DNA of 64,000 bases from Methanobacteriota archaeon (GCA_020696385.1 JAEHCQ010000001.1:512001-576000); one strand, 5' to 3'. Shown: positions 19,026 to 28,784, numbered from the stretch's first letter. Translations and numbers: made by a program. Notes: generated by a model not told the origin, from the letters alone.

Positions 19026-20588
19026 ATGCCTAAAGGAAAAATGAAAAGAATGGGTCGGAGAAGCTCCGGAATAAAGTCAGCATCCAAAGGGCAACAGGAC
19101 AAGCTTAATAAGAGAGCGAGAAAGCTGGCGGAAAAGCCCAGTCTGTTGATCCCAGAGTGCATCGGGGAATGCAGGAGCTGCGATCTTGAGAAGCTGGAAG
19201 CCAAACTCATCAAGATTAGCAAGTTCAGAGGTAATTCAAATGCACTTCAGAAGCTGGCCAAATCAGGAGGACAGCTGGAAAGAGCATATGCTGTGATGCT
19301 CATTCTTGATGAAGAGGATTCGGCCCCGTTCCTGGGAGTGGCCAAGATGCCCAGCGGGGAGGTCAGCTACGCCAATAGAGGCAAGGTGAAAAAGGAGATC
19401 CTGATAGGAGTTCAGCATTATGACGACACGAAGTTCGGACTTCTAGCCTATTCGGATTTCGCATTGAAGAAGAATCTTCATCTATACTACACTCCTGAAG
19501 GTATCAAATGTTCTGGCAAAGTGGCTGACTATCCAAAAGAGCTCATAGCCGCTGTACTGAAGGATGTGGACTATACTTTCAACAGATCAGGCAATACATA
19601 TCGATGCCAGCATTGTGCTTCTGGTGATGTTGGGGGAAAGCTGACATTGAGGATCAGATCTGCTGATATGACATTCGAAATATGTAGGACTTGCCTGAAA
19701 GATAAAGAGAACTTGTTCAGAGCATTCTCGAATAGAGCATTGGTGCAGGATCCAGAGGCAGATTTTGATATCGATCTGGACTACTCACTGACATGTGTAT
19801 CGGATAGCTGCTCTGTAGGAGATCTGTTCATAAAAACAAAGCAAATATTGAAAGCATATACTGCTGGTCAGATATCTGATAAGGCTTTGATGGATGCATA
19901 TTCCTCAGAAGTGATGAAGAAGATCCATGACATGGACACGAAGATGCTGGTCATTGGTGGCAGATGCTTCGAAGATGATACAGACAAGTTCATAGAGGCT
20001 CTCAGACCATCAAAAATTGAGAAGAAAGCTCTTCAATACGTTCTAGGCAAGGTCAAAGAGCCAGTCATTATAGATTCGGCAACAGCCAGCGCGGTTCTTT
20101 CCATGTATTGGGAGGAATTGGGAGAAGGCGCGATCAATGCGGTCATTGACGACATGCCTCTTGCAAAGAAGATATACTCCGGGGCAAAAGGATCGGGTAT
20201 CACACCATCTCATATTCTCAAGGATGCTGACGCACGTAAGAAAGCAGAGGATGCTCTGGGACAATTACCAGAGCTAAAGGAATTGGGGAAACTGTCCAAA
20301 TATGCTGATAATATAGTTCGAACCTACAGAGCTTATGGGACGGAAGAAACAATGAAGATCATAGAGAAGGGACAGGGCGGTAATACCAAGACCAAGTCCA
20401 TATCATGTAGTTTCTATGATGCCATGGGCTTGCTGAAGGGAAAGGAATGGCTCTTCACCAAGGAAGAATTAGACTATGGCCGATATCTATCAGAATTTTC
20501 CAAGATACTATTGGATGCCGAGCCAGATGATTATAAGGAAGCATTGCAGAATCTCATGACTGCCAGTGGCTCTGGCGAGACCATTTGA
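19026..20588 (+). CDS. Hypothetical Cys-rich (putative metal-binding) protein
   Basis: Long ORF with typical codon usage; CxxxCxxC, CxHC, CxxC and further Cys; no family recognised. Confidence 0.8.
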   Translation: MPKGKMKRMGRRSSGIKSASKGQQDKLNKRARKLAEKPSLLIPECIGECRSCDLEKLEAKLIKISKFRGNSNALQKLAKSGGQLERAYAVMLILDEEDSAPFLGVAKMPSGEVSYANRGKVKKEILIGVQHYDDTKFGLLAYSDFALKKNLHLYYTPEGIKCSGKVADYPKELIAAVLKDVDYTFNRSGNTYRCQHCASGDVGGKLTLRIRSADMTFEICRTCLKDKENLFRAFSNRALVQDPEADFDIDLDYSLTCVSDSCSVGDLFIKTKQILKAYTAGQISDKALMDAYSSEVMKKIHDMDTKMLVIGGRCFEDDTDKFIEALRPSKIEKKALQYVLGKVKEPVIIDSATASAVLSMYWEELGEGAINAVIDDMPLAKKIYSGAKGSGITPSHILKDADARKKAEDALGQLPELKELGKLSKYADNIVRTYRAYGTEETMKIIEKGQGGNTKTKSISCSFYDAMGLLKGKEWLFTKEELDYGRYLSEFSKILLDAEPDDYKEALQNLMTASGSGETI

Positions 20589-20673
20589 TAGGCCACCACA
20601 GAATATCATATAGCCAGGATTATGATTATATAATTAAATACAAAGTATAATATATAAACCCTTCAATTTACCT

Positions 20674-21270
20674 ATGGTGAATATTATGGATGATAAACCA
20701 ATCAATACGGGAGAAGTAGCACCGCCAGCACCTCAGGAGACACCAATGCCTCCGATGGAATCGGCACCTGCCCCTCCTCCCCAGGATGCGCCAGCACCGG
20801 AGAAATCCGGCGGTGGAAAGGGAATGATAGTGGCCATTGCAGTTATCGCGGTGGTTGCGATCGTGGTCATAGCCTTTGTTTTCATGGGAGCTGAAACTGA
20901 TGCAGAAAAGCTCGAAGGAACATGGTCAATAGGTGGCGGTTCGATCAGTGGATCAATGACCGTTAACAATGATACGGCCAATACCACGACCATCTCGGAT
21001 ACAATACCAGTCAATGAGAGTGTGACCATCACATTCGTGGATGGAACAGCATCCATCGAAGAAGTGCAACTAAAGGATTTCGAAGATGGTAAGTTCACGG
21101 TGCCAGAACTAGAATTTGGAGATGTTGAATTCGGCGAGGTCGAGGGTACATATGACCTTGACGGCGATGTACTGACCATAACCATAACCGCATCAACCAC
21201 CTTTGTAGATCCAATGGACGGCTACTTTGAAGTGGACATGACAATAACCGAGACCTTCAACAGAGTTTAG
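20674..21270 (+). CDS. Membrane-anchored hypothetical protein (Pro-rich N-terminus, TM, lipocalin-like beta domain)
   Basis: PPAP repeats, one hydrophobic helix, LEGTW motif and beta-strand pattern. Confidence 0.7.
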   Translation: MVNIMDDKPINTGEVAPPAPQETPMPPMESAPAPPPQDAPAPEKSGGGKGMIVAIAVIAVVAIVVIAFVFMGAETDAEKLEGTWSIGGGSISGSMTVNNDTANTTTISDTIPVNESVTITFVDGTASIEEVQLKDFEDGKFTVPELEFGDVEFGEVEGTYDLDGDVLTITITASTTFVDPMDGYFEVDMTITETFNRV

Positions 21271-21280
21271 GCAAACAGAC

Positions 21281-21323
21281 AGGTAATGGCCTTCGGGCCA
21301 CCTCTTTCCTTTTTCATATTTTC
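21281..21323 (+). terminator. cUUCGg hairpin plus T-tract terminator
   Basis: TGGCC-TTCG-GGCCA followed by a pyrimidine/T tract. Confidence 0.7.
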
Positions 21324-21422
21324 ATGCAATAGATAGAGCTCTCTTCTCGAAAATGTGTATATTATTGTAATAGCTCTCCTATCATTAACTATATATATTG
21401 TGTCCAATTTTTCCTTTTCCAT

Positions 21423-22187
21423 ATGATATTAGTAAAACTTGGGGGCAGTGTTATAACCGATAAATCCAGGGAGATGACTCCCAGGATGGATGTGATAGCC
21501 AGACTCACCCAGGAAATAGCGGATTCCGGACAGCAATGTCTGATCATCCACGGTGCTGGATCCTACGGTCATATCAAGGCCAAGCAATATTGTCTTCAGG
21601 ATGGTATTGGCCACCCTGAACACAAACAAGGTATCGATGAGGTCCAGATGGACATGAGAAAGCTCAATGGCCTGGTCGTTGATGCATTTCACGCCAGTGG
21701 AATGTCAGTTGCCAGCATACCGGCAGGTGCGATTTCCATATTCGAGGATGGAAAGATCGTGGAGCTTCCGGCCAATGTCTTCAAGCATTATCTGGACATT
21801 GGTATAACTCCTATCAGCTTCGGAGATGTGGTAGTTGACAGGAAAAGAGGGGTTTGCATCTGCTCGGGTGATGATATCATGACCCATCTAGCCAAGGAGC
21901 TGGATATTAAAAAATGCATATTTGTTACCTCCGAAGATGGTATATTCTCGCACTACCCGCCAGATGAGAATGAGGGCCCAATACCAGATATCAAGCATGG
22001 CCAGGATATTGAATTTACATCGATGAATACCGACGTAACCGGTGGTATGGAAAGAAAGCTCGAACTTATATTCAACATCACCTCTACAGGTTGTGATGTG
22101 ATCCTTCTGAATGGCCTTGTGCCAGGCAGATTAAAGGATGCTCTTGAAGGAAAGGAGATAACAGGAACGAAAGTTAGAGGTGACTAG
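21423..22187 (+). CDS. ipk: Isopentenyl phosphate kinase
   Basis: KLGGSVITDK, HGAGSYGH, SGDD, DVTGGM..K; adjacent to fni. Confidence 0.93.
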   Translation: MILVKLGGSVITDKSREMTPRMDVIARLTQEIADSGQQCLIIHGAGSYGHIKAKQYCLQDGIGHPEHKQGIDEVQMDMRKLNGLVVDAFHASGMSVASIPAGAISIFEDGKIVELPANVFKHYLDIGITPISFGDVVVDRKRGVCICSGDDIMTHLAKELDIKKCIFVTSEDGIFSHYPPDENEGPIPDIKHGQDIEFTSMNTDVTGGMERKLELIFNITSTGCDVILLNGLVPGRLKDALEGKEITGTKVRGD

Positions 22188-22188
22188 A

Positions 22189-23250
22189 ATGGTTATGCCA
22201 AGAAAAGCCCAGCATATTGATATATGCCTGAATGAGCAGGTGGATTCCGACATAGATTACTGGACGGATATTACGCTGATACACAATGCCCTGCCAGAGA
22301 TAGATATGGACGAGATAGACACCTCTATCGAGCTTTTCGGGAAGAAGCTGCAAGCCCCCATTGTGATCGCCGCCATAACTGGAGGATTCGATGGAGCGAC
22401 CGAGATCAACCGAAACCTGGCCATAGGAGCTGGCCGTGTGGGTGTCGGCATGGGGATAGGAAGCCAAAGAGCGGCCATTGAGGAACCGGAAATGGCCGGA
22501 ACCTATGATGTTGTCAAAGGGAACGATGTGCCTTTGATGATCGGTAATATTGGTGCCCCCCAGCTCATACAGCAAGGAGAAAAAGCTGCCTTTGGCATAG
22601 ATGCATGCGAGGCCGCGATGGACATGATAGATGCTGATATACTGGCTATTCATCTGAACTTCGCCCAGGAGATAGGGCAGATAGAGGGAGACACAAAGGC
22701 CAGGGGTTGCCTGGAGGCCATAAGGCAGGTTGCGGGAGAATTACCTGTCATTGCCAAGGAAACTGGAGCTGGCCTGTCAAATGACGTTGCAACACGCTTG
22801 AAAGATGCAGGTGTGCGAGGGTTTGATATTGGCGGCATGAGTGGCACCAGCTTCTCCGCTGTGGAATTCCACAGAGCCGTGAGGGACGATAATACAAGAT
22901 TGAAAAGAATGGGAGACACCTTCTGGAACTGGGGTATCCCCACACCGATATCACTCAAAATGGCAGATGTCGGTTTGCCCATGATAGCAACTGGTGGAAT
23001 AAAGAATGGATTGGATGTCGCCAGAAGTATCACGATGGGCGCATCCGCTGCTGGCATTGCCAAGCAGGTATTGGCAGCCGCGATGGATAGTGGGGATGCT
23101 GTGGAAGCAGAACTTAGATTAATAATATCAGAATTGAAGGGTTCGATGTTCCTAACAGGTTGCAGGAACATTGAAGAATTGGCTGGTACCAGCAAGGTAA
23201 TAACTGGTATCACCGCAACCTGGTTCGAAGGTCTTGGAGGGATGGGATGA
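22189..23250 (+). CDS. fni: Isopentenyl-diphosphate delta-isomerase type 2
   Basis: RKAQHI, HNALPE, TGG, GSQRAA, HLN..QE..Q.EGD, KETGAG, WGIPT. Confidence 0.96.
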   Translation: MVMPRKAQHIDICLNEQVDSDIDYWTDITLIHNALPEIDMDEIDTSIELFGKKLQAPIVIAAITGGFDGATEINRNLAIGAGRVGVGMGIGSQRAAIEEPEMAGTYDVVKGNDVPLMIGNIGAPQLIQQGEKAAFGIDACEAAMDMIDADILAIHLNFAQEIGQIEGDTKARGCLEAIRQVAGELPVIAKETGAGLSNDVATRLKDAGVRGFDIGGMSGTSFSAVEFHRAVRDDNTRLKRMGDTFWNWGIPTPISLKMADVGLPMIATGGIKNGLDVARSITMGASAAGIAKQVLAAAMDSGDAVEAELRLIISELKGSMFLTGCRNIEELAGTSKVITGITATWFEGLGGMG

Positions 23251-24347
23251 AAAGAATGAAAAGAAAAGAGATAAGAAGCAAATATATCACAGTGGATGGC
23301 ATAGAGAAAGAAAGTGAATTCCTCGATTTCCTTGTAGAAAATCGAGATGCCATCAAAGATGAGATATTCAATTTTGTTCCAAAGAAATCCGAGATCGAGC
23401 CAGAGGAATACGGGATGCATCACCACAAAGAGATGCTATCCGAATACCCTGATAGAGGTGGCAAATATGTTCGACCAGGATTGGTTCTTTTGTCCGCTAT
23501 GGCTAATAAAACAGATATGACAAAAGCAATGAAAACCGCTGCAGCCATGGAGATATCCGAGGACTGGATACTCATACATGATGATTTTGAGGATCATTCT
23601 CTGGAAAGGAGGGGGAAACCATCCCTGCCTGTTCTGTATGGGGATGAGCTTTCAGTGAACGCTGGAGACCACCTTCACCTTATCATGTGGGACGTCCTTA
23701 TGTCAAACCAGGAGACCCTGGGCATAGACAAGACCATGGAATTATATCATGAATTGAACAGCCTTTTGCAAAGAACCTGCGAAGGCCAGTTCCTCGAGAT
23801 AGGATGGACCACTGGTAGGAAGCTGATAACCGAGGATGAGTACTTCGCCATGGTGGACCGGAAAACATGCTGGTACACGATCATCGGACCTCTGAGACTT
23901 GGAGCTATTGTTTCAGAGAACAAGAAAGCGATGGATAGCTTGGTCGAATTCGGCCTTCCATTGGGAAGAGCATTCCAGATCCACGATGACTGGCTCAATG
24001 TCTTTAGCAATAATACTGGAAAGGAACTGGGCGGAGATATCGTAGAGGGAAAGCGCACACTTCTTCTGATAAAGCTTCTTGATGAACTGAAAAAAGCTGG
24101 AGAGGATGATAAACTTGCCTGGGTGAAGAACCTATTCAGTATGGACAGGACCCAGAGAGACTTCTTCATGACCAAGCAAATGATCGACCTATACGAAGAA
24201 TATGGCATCAGGGACATGGTCAGGAACATCACACTGGAATACGCTGAAAAGGCGAAGAAGCAGATAAGGAATATACCTGGCTTCAATGATAATCAAAGAG
24301 ATATATTCGAGGATGCTGTGGATTTCCTTGTGAACAGAGGCCATTAA
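23247..24347 (+). CDS. Polyprenyl diphosphate synthase (GGPP synthase-like)
   Basis: GGKYVRP, WILIHDDFED...RRGKP, GQFLE, KT..YT, FQIHDDWLN, DIVEGKRT. Confidence 0.9.
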   Translation: MKRMKRKEIRSKYITVDGIEKESEFLDFLVENRDAIKDEIFNFVPKKSEIEPEEYGMHHHKEMLSEYPDRGGKYVRPGLVLLSAMANKTDMTKAMKTAAAMEISEDWILIHDDFEDHSLERRGKPSLPVLYGDELSVNAGDHLHLIMWDVLMSNQETLGIDKTMELYHELNSLLQRTCEGQFLEIGWTTGRKLITEDEYFAMVDRKTCWYTIIGPLRLGAIVSENKKAMDSLVEFGLPLGRAFQIHDDWLNVFSNNTGKELGGDIVEGKRTLLLIKLLDELKKAGEDDKLAWVKNLFSMDRTQRDFFMTKQMIDLYEEYGIRDMVRNITLEYAEKAKKQIRNIPGFNDNQRDIFEDAVDFLVNRGH

Positions 24348-24352
24348 GGGTT

Positions 24353-24406
24353 TTCTTCTAATCGCCTATATTCTGCATATCACTAGCGATTAGAAGAACT
24401 AACACG
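24353..24406 (+). repeat. Dispersed 10-20-10 inverted-repeat element, copy 3
   Basis: TTCTTCTAATCGC, N20, GCGATTAGAAGAA (13-bp IR in this copy), then tail CTAACACG. Confidence 0.9.
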
Positions 24407-24421
24407 TATCTATTCAGTTAA

Positions 24422-25108
24422 TCATTTGAGTGTTTGTTCCATACATTCAAGGCCATTCCCAGTGATCTTGACAATGGCCTTCTTACCCTCGGCCCTCGAC
24501 CTGTGCTTCATGATAACAACTTCCCTTAGACCGGAACCTATCTTATCCATTCTTATTATGGTCTTGGCATTGTGATGCAGAACATGACCACCCAAGGGCT
24601 TGAATATTCCAACATCCACATCTGTGAATACCTGACTTGTGAGGATCACGGCGATCCTTTTCTTTCTACAAAGCCGAAGCAGGGCTGTTATCTGCTTCGT
24701 TAGGGAGCGCCGTTCACCGCGCTCCGTATCATGACTGGATTCAATTCGATAATGCAAGGTGGCAGAATCAAGTATCACCAATCCAATATCATCATTCTTC
24801 TGAGAAAGGTTCACTGCCTTGTCCACGATATTCTCCTGCTCATCAAAGGCATATGGCTCGAATATCAATAGATTCTTCATTATCAGATCGCAATCATCAC
24901 CGCATATCTGATCTATCCTGTCCTGGGACAGACCTTCAGTGTCGATGTACACGACCTTCTTTCCAGATAGGATCGTTTCCTTCGCTATCTGGATGCAGAA
25001 ATTTGTCTTACCGCTTCCTGCTTCACCATAGACAAGGGAGATGGTCCCCAATTCGACGCCGCCTCCAAGAAGCTCGTCTATCACATCACAACCAGTAGAA
25101 ATTCTCAT
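24422..25108 (-). CDS. radB: DNA repair and recombination protein RadB
   Basis: ISTGC..IDELLGGG, GEAGSGKT, YIDTEG, LDS, C-terminal KHRS motif. Confidence 0.95.
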   Translation of the reverse strand: MRISTGCDVIDELLGGGVELGTISLVYGEAGSGKTNFCIQIAKETILSGKKVVYIDTEGLSQDRIDQICGDDCDLIMKNLLIFEPYAFDEQENIVDKAVNLSQKNDDIGLVILDSATLHYRIESSHDTERGERRSLTKQITALLRLCRKKRIAVILTSQVFTDVDVGIFKPLGGHVLHHNAKTIIRMDKIGSGLREVVIMKHRSRAEGKKAIVKITGNGLECMEQTLK

Positions 25109-25185
25109 GCCGACCTCCATGATAATGTGATAAGGGACATTAAACCTTCGTTTATAACGTACTTACTTCGCCATCGCGGCTTCCA

Positions 25186-27540
25186 TCATTCCATCATCTT
25201 CTTCACAGAGATGATGTCTTCCTTGGCTCCCAGGCCCTGGAAGATGGCCAGTGCTTTTTCCAAATACGTATCCCGTTCTTCAGGGATCACTTCCGCCATG
25301 CCTCTGTATGCCTCGGCGATCTGCCACTTGAAACCCAGTTCCTCGGACAATTGAATGCACCTTTCATAAAATCTTCTGGCCTCGGACATATCTCCCTTGA
25401 ATTTGTAAGAATCCGCGATATTGCTGTAAAGAATTGAGATGAGTTTATGATCCTCATCCCTTTCCGCCAACTTCATCGCTTCCGCGTACAGCTCGAGAGC
25501 TCTGTCATGGTCTTCAGCCTCGCAATGAAGTATTCCAAGATTATTGAGGGCGCGCACAATGCCCTCAATATCATTCCGGTCTCGAGATATGGCAAGGTCT
25601 TCCTCATAGGAGGCTCTGGCCAACTCTGACTTACCCAATCTCCAATATATCACGCCCATGCTATTATCTATCTCGGATCTCAATTTGGACTGTTCCTTTA
25701 CCAATTCGATTGCTTCTACAAACTGCTCCAAAGCTTCCTCCAGGTCTCCTCTCCGATATAGTATAACACCCAGCTGATGAAGGCTTTTAGCCTTCATCAG
25801 ATCATCACCCATCACGCTGGCCAGCTGCAATCCCTGAGAGAATAATATTTTGGATATTGGCCAATTGCCCATCCGGGTATGCGCCAGACCTGCCAGCATA
25901 TTCAATTCAAAAGCATTCTCAAACTCATTCACATCATCCAGCATACCTGTCTTTGATATCATTTCAAAGAGGTTGACGATCTCATCCTGATAGCCCTGCT
26001 TCAGCCAGCTCCTGCCTTCTGTCCTCATCAGGAATATCGCGGTCTCCGCATCATCAGCCATGATTAAGTGATAGGTCTCTTCGATCCTATCACTTACCAG
26101 TCTTTTTGAATTGTAATATTCCGATGCCATCTCATGCAATGAAAGCCGGGTTCCAAAAAGCTGGCGATCGTAGAAGAAATTACGAAGAAGGCCATGTGTG
26201 GACCAGCCACCATCCTTCATCACCAGTGACCGCCCGGCCAGATCTTCCAAGATGTCATGGTCATTATGATCAAGTACCACTGCTTCTGAATTAACTGGTT
26301 CGCGAAATACAGAAAGGCGAGCCAGCATCTCTTTCTCAGTCTCTCCCAATTGATTGAAGATATCATTGGCCAGTATCTTCTCTATATCATCGGCAGCTCC
26401 TGGATTGGCATCCTTTATCAGAGATAGATAAAGGGGGTGCCCCCCGGATTTGCCAGCGATGGTCCTGGCCTGGATCTGCAAGAACCCCCGCTCCTTCAGA
26501 AGCTCGATGCTGGACTCTTCAGAAAGTCCAGTCAGATCCATCTTCATACATCTGGCATCTTGCAGATATTTATTCTCAAGGATTCCTGGATCACTCCTTC
26601 CGAGAAGGAATAATCCAATATTTTTGGATGCAAGACCAGCCGAGGCCAGCATCTTCAAGAATGTCAGGAATTTCTGACTGGCATTGTGTATATCATCAAA
26701 TGCCAGCATGATATTGACATTCAAATTCACAAGGATGTCATGTACATCCGCCATATCCGGATCTTCATGGGCCAGCATATATTTTTTCAGTCTCGGGTCG
26801 CCCATCCGGTCCAGGAAATTCCCAAGGTGCATCGACGTGTTCCTTATACTGCTCCATTCGCCAATATCGAACCAGAAGACCTCTGAAGATCGTTCCGAGG
26901 TCTTTAGAGCCTGAGCCAGTAGAGCGGTCTTTCCAATACCCCCTATGCCAGTCACCATCATGATATTCCGCGATGAGGAAATTATCTTGTTTATCTCGGC
27001 CAATTCATCTTCACGGCCGATAAATAATGAAATATTGGGAATTTCTTTCGATATCCTATGGCTTTGATCTTCATCGGATATTTCCGAAAGGTGCACGACT
27101 CCTTCATAAGTGTGAGTGAGTATCCTGGCCAGGCTGAAAGACTCGTCTATTTTCTCAAGAAGTTTACTTATTTCACCCTGGAATTCCTCTCCATTTTTCA
27201 TCATGAAGCTCACTTCTTGTTCCAGGAACGCTTTCTCAAGCTCCATGGCTCTAGCATATCCTCCTTCTGTCAAGAAATATGATTTACGCTTTCTGGTCTC
27301 GCCCTTGACATGGCATTTCTTTTCTTCGATGAAGTCCCTTTTCTTTGCAGAATCCAGGGATGTGGATATGTGACTTCTTCTTATTCCCAGACTTCGGGAA
27401 ATGCCCATCTGGCTAACAGATAATGGCACATCGGCCTCTTCCCTGTATCTGGAATAATCCTTCAGATACACCAGGATAGCCTCTTCCACTGTGGCCAGTC
27501 TCTTCCTCTTCATTAACTCTACATCGTTCTCATATTTCAT
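25186..27540 (-). CDS. wHTH-STAND NTPase-TPR protein (MalT-like putative regulator)
   Basis: N-terminal HTH (SQMGISRSLGIRRSHIS), FIGREDEL, GIGGIGKT, FDDIH, GGHPL, C-terminal TPRs (NNLG/HQLG). Confidence 0.85.
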   Translation of the reverse strand: MKYENDVELMKRKRLATVEEAILVYLKDYSRYREEADVPLSVSQMGISRSLGIRRSHISTSLDSAKKRDFIEEKKCHVKGETRKRKSYFLTEGGYARAMELEKAFLEQEVSFMMKNGEEFQGEISKLLEKIDESFSLARILTHTYEGVVHLSEISDEDQSHRISKEIPNISLFIGREDELAEINKIISSSRNIMMVTGIGGIGKTALLAQALKTSERSSEVFWFDIGEWSSIRNTSMHLGNFLDRMGDPRLKKYMLAHEDPDMADVHDILVNLNVNIMLAFDDIHNASQKFLTFLKMLASAGLASKNIGLFLLGRSDPGILENKYLQDARCMKMDLTGLSEESSIELLKERGFLQIQARTIAGKSGGHPLYLSLIKDANPGAADDIEKILANDIFNQLGETEKEMLARLSVFREPVNSEAVVLDHNDHDILEDLAGRSLVMKDGGWSTHGLLRNFFYDRQLFGTRLSLHEMASEYYNSKRLVSDRIEETYHLIMADDAETAIFLMRTEGRSWLKQGYQDEIVNLFEMISKTGMLDDVNEFENAFELNMLAGLAHTRMGNWPISKILFSQGLQLASVMGDDLMKAKSLHQLGVILYRRGDLEEALEQFVEAIELVKEQSKLRSEIDNSMGVIYWRLGKSELARASYEEDLAISRDRNDIEGIVRALNNLGILHCEAEDHDRALELYAEAMKLAERDEDHKLISILYSNIADSYKFKGDMSEARRFYERCIQLSEELGFKWQIAEAYRGMAEVIPEERDTYLEKALAIFQGLGAKEDIISVKKMME

Positions 27541-27638
27541 ATATCTATGGATATGAAATCTTGACATGTCAAGAGTGGAATTATATACGCTCAGTTACAA
27601 AGTCTATCATGCAGGAAAAACCTGCAGGAGGACAAAAC

Positions 27639-28160
27639 ATGAATAGAAGAAGAACGAAGAATATATGGACGATCCGCAAGGATTCGGATGCTGTGTCGCC
27701 AGTTATCGCGACCATTTTGATGGTCGCGATAACCGTCGTACTGGCAGCCGTGTTGTACGTGATGGTGATCGGCTTTGTACCACCAGAGGATGTTACCGCC
27801 GGAACGTGGAAGTCAATTAAATCTACTTCACAAACATCGGCCAGAGCGGAGTTTGGAACATTCGTTGGAGTGATGAAACCGATTGATCTGCAACTATATA
27901 TAAGTGCGAATGGGACTGATATTGGGTACATATCCTGGGGAAGCAATACCGACCCAGCTCTTGTCAGATGGAATGATGGGCCGGAAGGTGCGACTGTCAC
28001 TTACAGAGACTTCAATCCTACGAAAGGTGAGATAAGTCAGGGAGATTACTTTGATCTGAATGGTCTTGAACCCGGAACTTTGTATGAGATAGTGGCCTTT
28101 AATTCCGCACTAGATACGACCATCACTGGAATGGATAACTCATTCACAACTCCAACGTGA
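27639..28160 (+). CDS. Archaeal type IV pilin (class III signal peptide)
   Basis: Basic leader then DA/VSPVIATILMVAITVVLAAVLYVMV; GGAGG SD before ATG 27639. Confidence 0.9.
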   Translation: MNRRRTKNIWTIRKDSDAVSPVIATILMVAITVVLAAVLYVMVIGFVPPEDVTAGTWKSIKSTSQTSARAEFGTFVGVMKPIDLQLYISANGTDIGYISWGSNTDPALVRWNDGPEGATVTYRDFNPTKGEISQGDYFDLNGLEPGTLYEIVAFNSALDTTITGMDNSFTTPT

Positions 28161-28203
28161 GTTATTAGCTCCTAAAGATGGGATGTCCAAACCCATGGAA
28201 TAA

Positions 28204-28242
28204 TGTGGGTGTAATTAAACACCCACAATTTTTCTTTTTTTT
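28204..28242 (+). terminator. Hairpin plus T-tract terminator after the pilin
   Basis: TGTGGGTGT-N6-ACACCCACA perfect 9-bp stem, then T runs. Confidence 0.7.
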
Positions 28243-28289
28243 CTCCCAATACTAAAAATCATTTTAAACCTGAAGATTCTTATCACCTC

Positions 28290-28784
28290 GTGGCTCACAT
28301 GGAAGAAAAATTCGATTACGAGCATTTGCTTTTCTTCATAAGAAGTATCTATATCTCAGTTTTCTTCGTTTCTATAATATTGATCATAGCCAGTACTTCC
28401 TTCGATGCTTTGCATATTGGGCTTTTTATTCTTCTATTCTTAATCTACCTTATCGTATTCGGCATATCACCCGCCATGACCGGCCACGGCATATCTGATG
28501 AACATCTGATACTGAGGCAGGGAATATTGTTCAAAGTGGAGATCACATGGAAAGATGTCCAGAGCGTGGAAAGAGCAGACGCCTTATCACTGGGGTATGG
28601 TGTCACCCCCAGTTTTAGAAAGCCCATTATATCAATGGCCACATCCAAAAACAATGCGGTGAAGATCAAGCTGAAAAAGCCCAGGCGATTCATGTCCGTG
28701 CTGGGCAAACTGGCAGATGAAATAATGATAGATCTGAATGAGCCAGATAGATTTATAGAGAAAGCGATGGAACATATAGTTTGA
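28290..28784 (+). CDS. Membrane protein with bacterial PH-like domain
   Basis: Two TMs then L.LRQG...VEI.W.DV.SVE...I.L..P..F pattern. Confidence 0.65.
   Translation: MAHMEEKFDYEHLLFFIRSIYISVFFVSIILIIASTSFDALHIGLFILLFLIYLIVFGISPAMTGHGISDEHLILRQGILFKVEITWKDVQSVERADALSLGYGVTPSFRKPIISMATSKNNAVKIKLKKPRRFMSVLGKLADEIMIDLNEPDRFIEKAMEHIV

Noticed and set aside
19150-19185. Radical SAM enzyme suggested by CxxxCxxC
   Set aside because: No GGE or other radical-SAM barrel motifs are recognisable downstream; the spacing alone is insufficient.
25186-27540. Avs-type antiviral STAND system
   Set aside because: The N-terminus is an HTH rather than a nuclease, protease, SIR2 or TIR effector, and there is no defence-island context; a regulator is more parsimonious.
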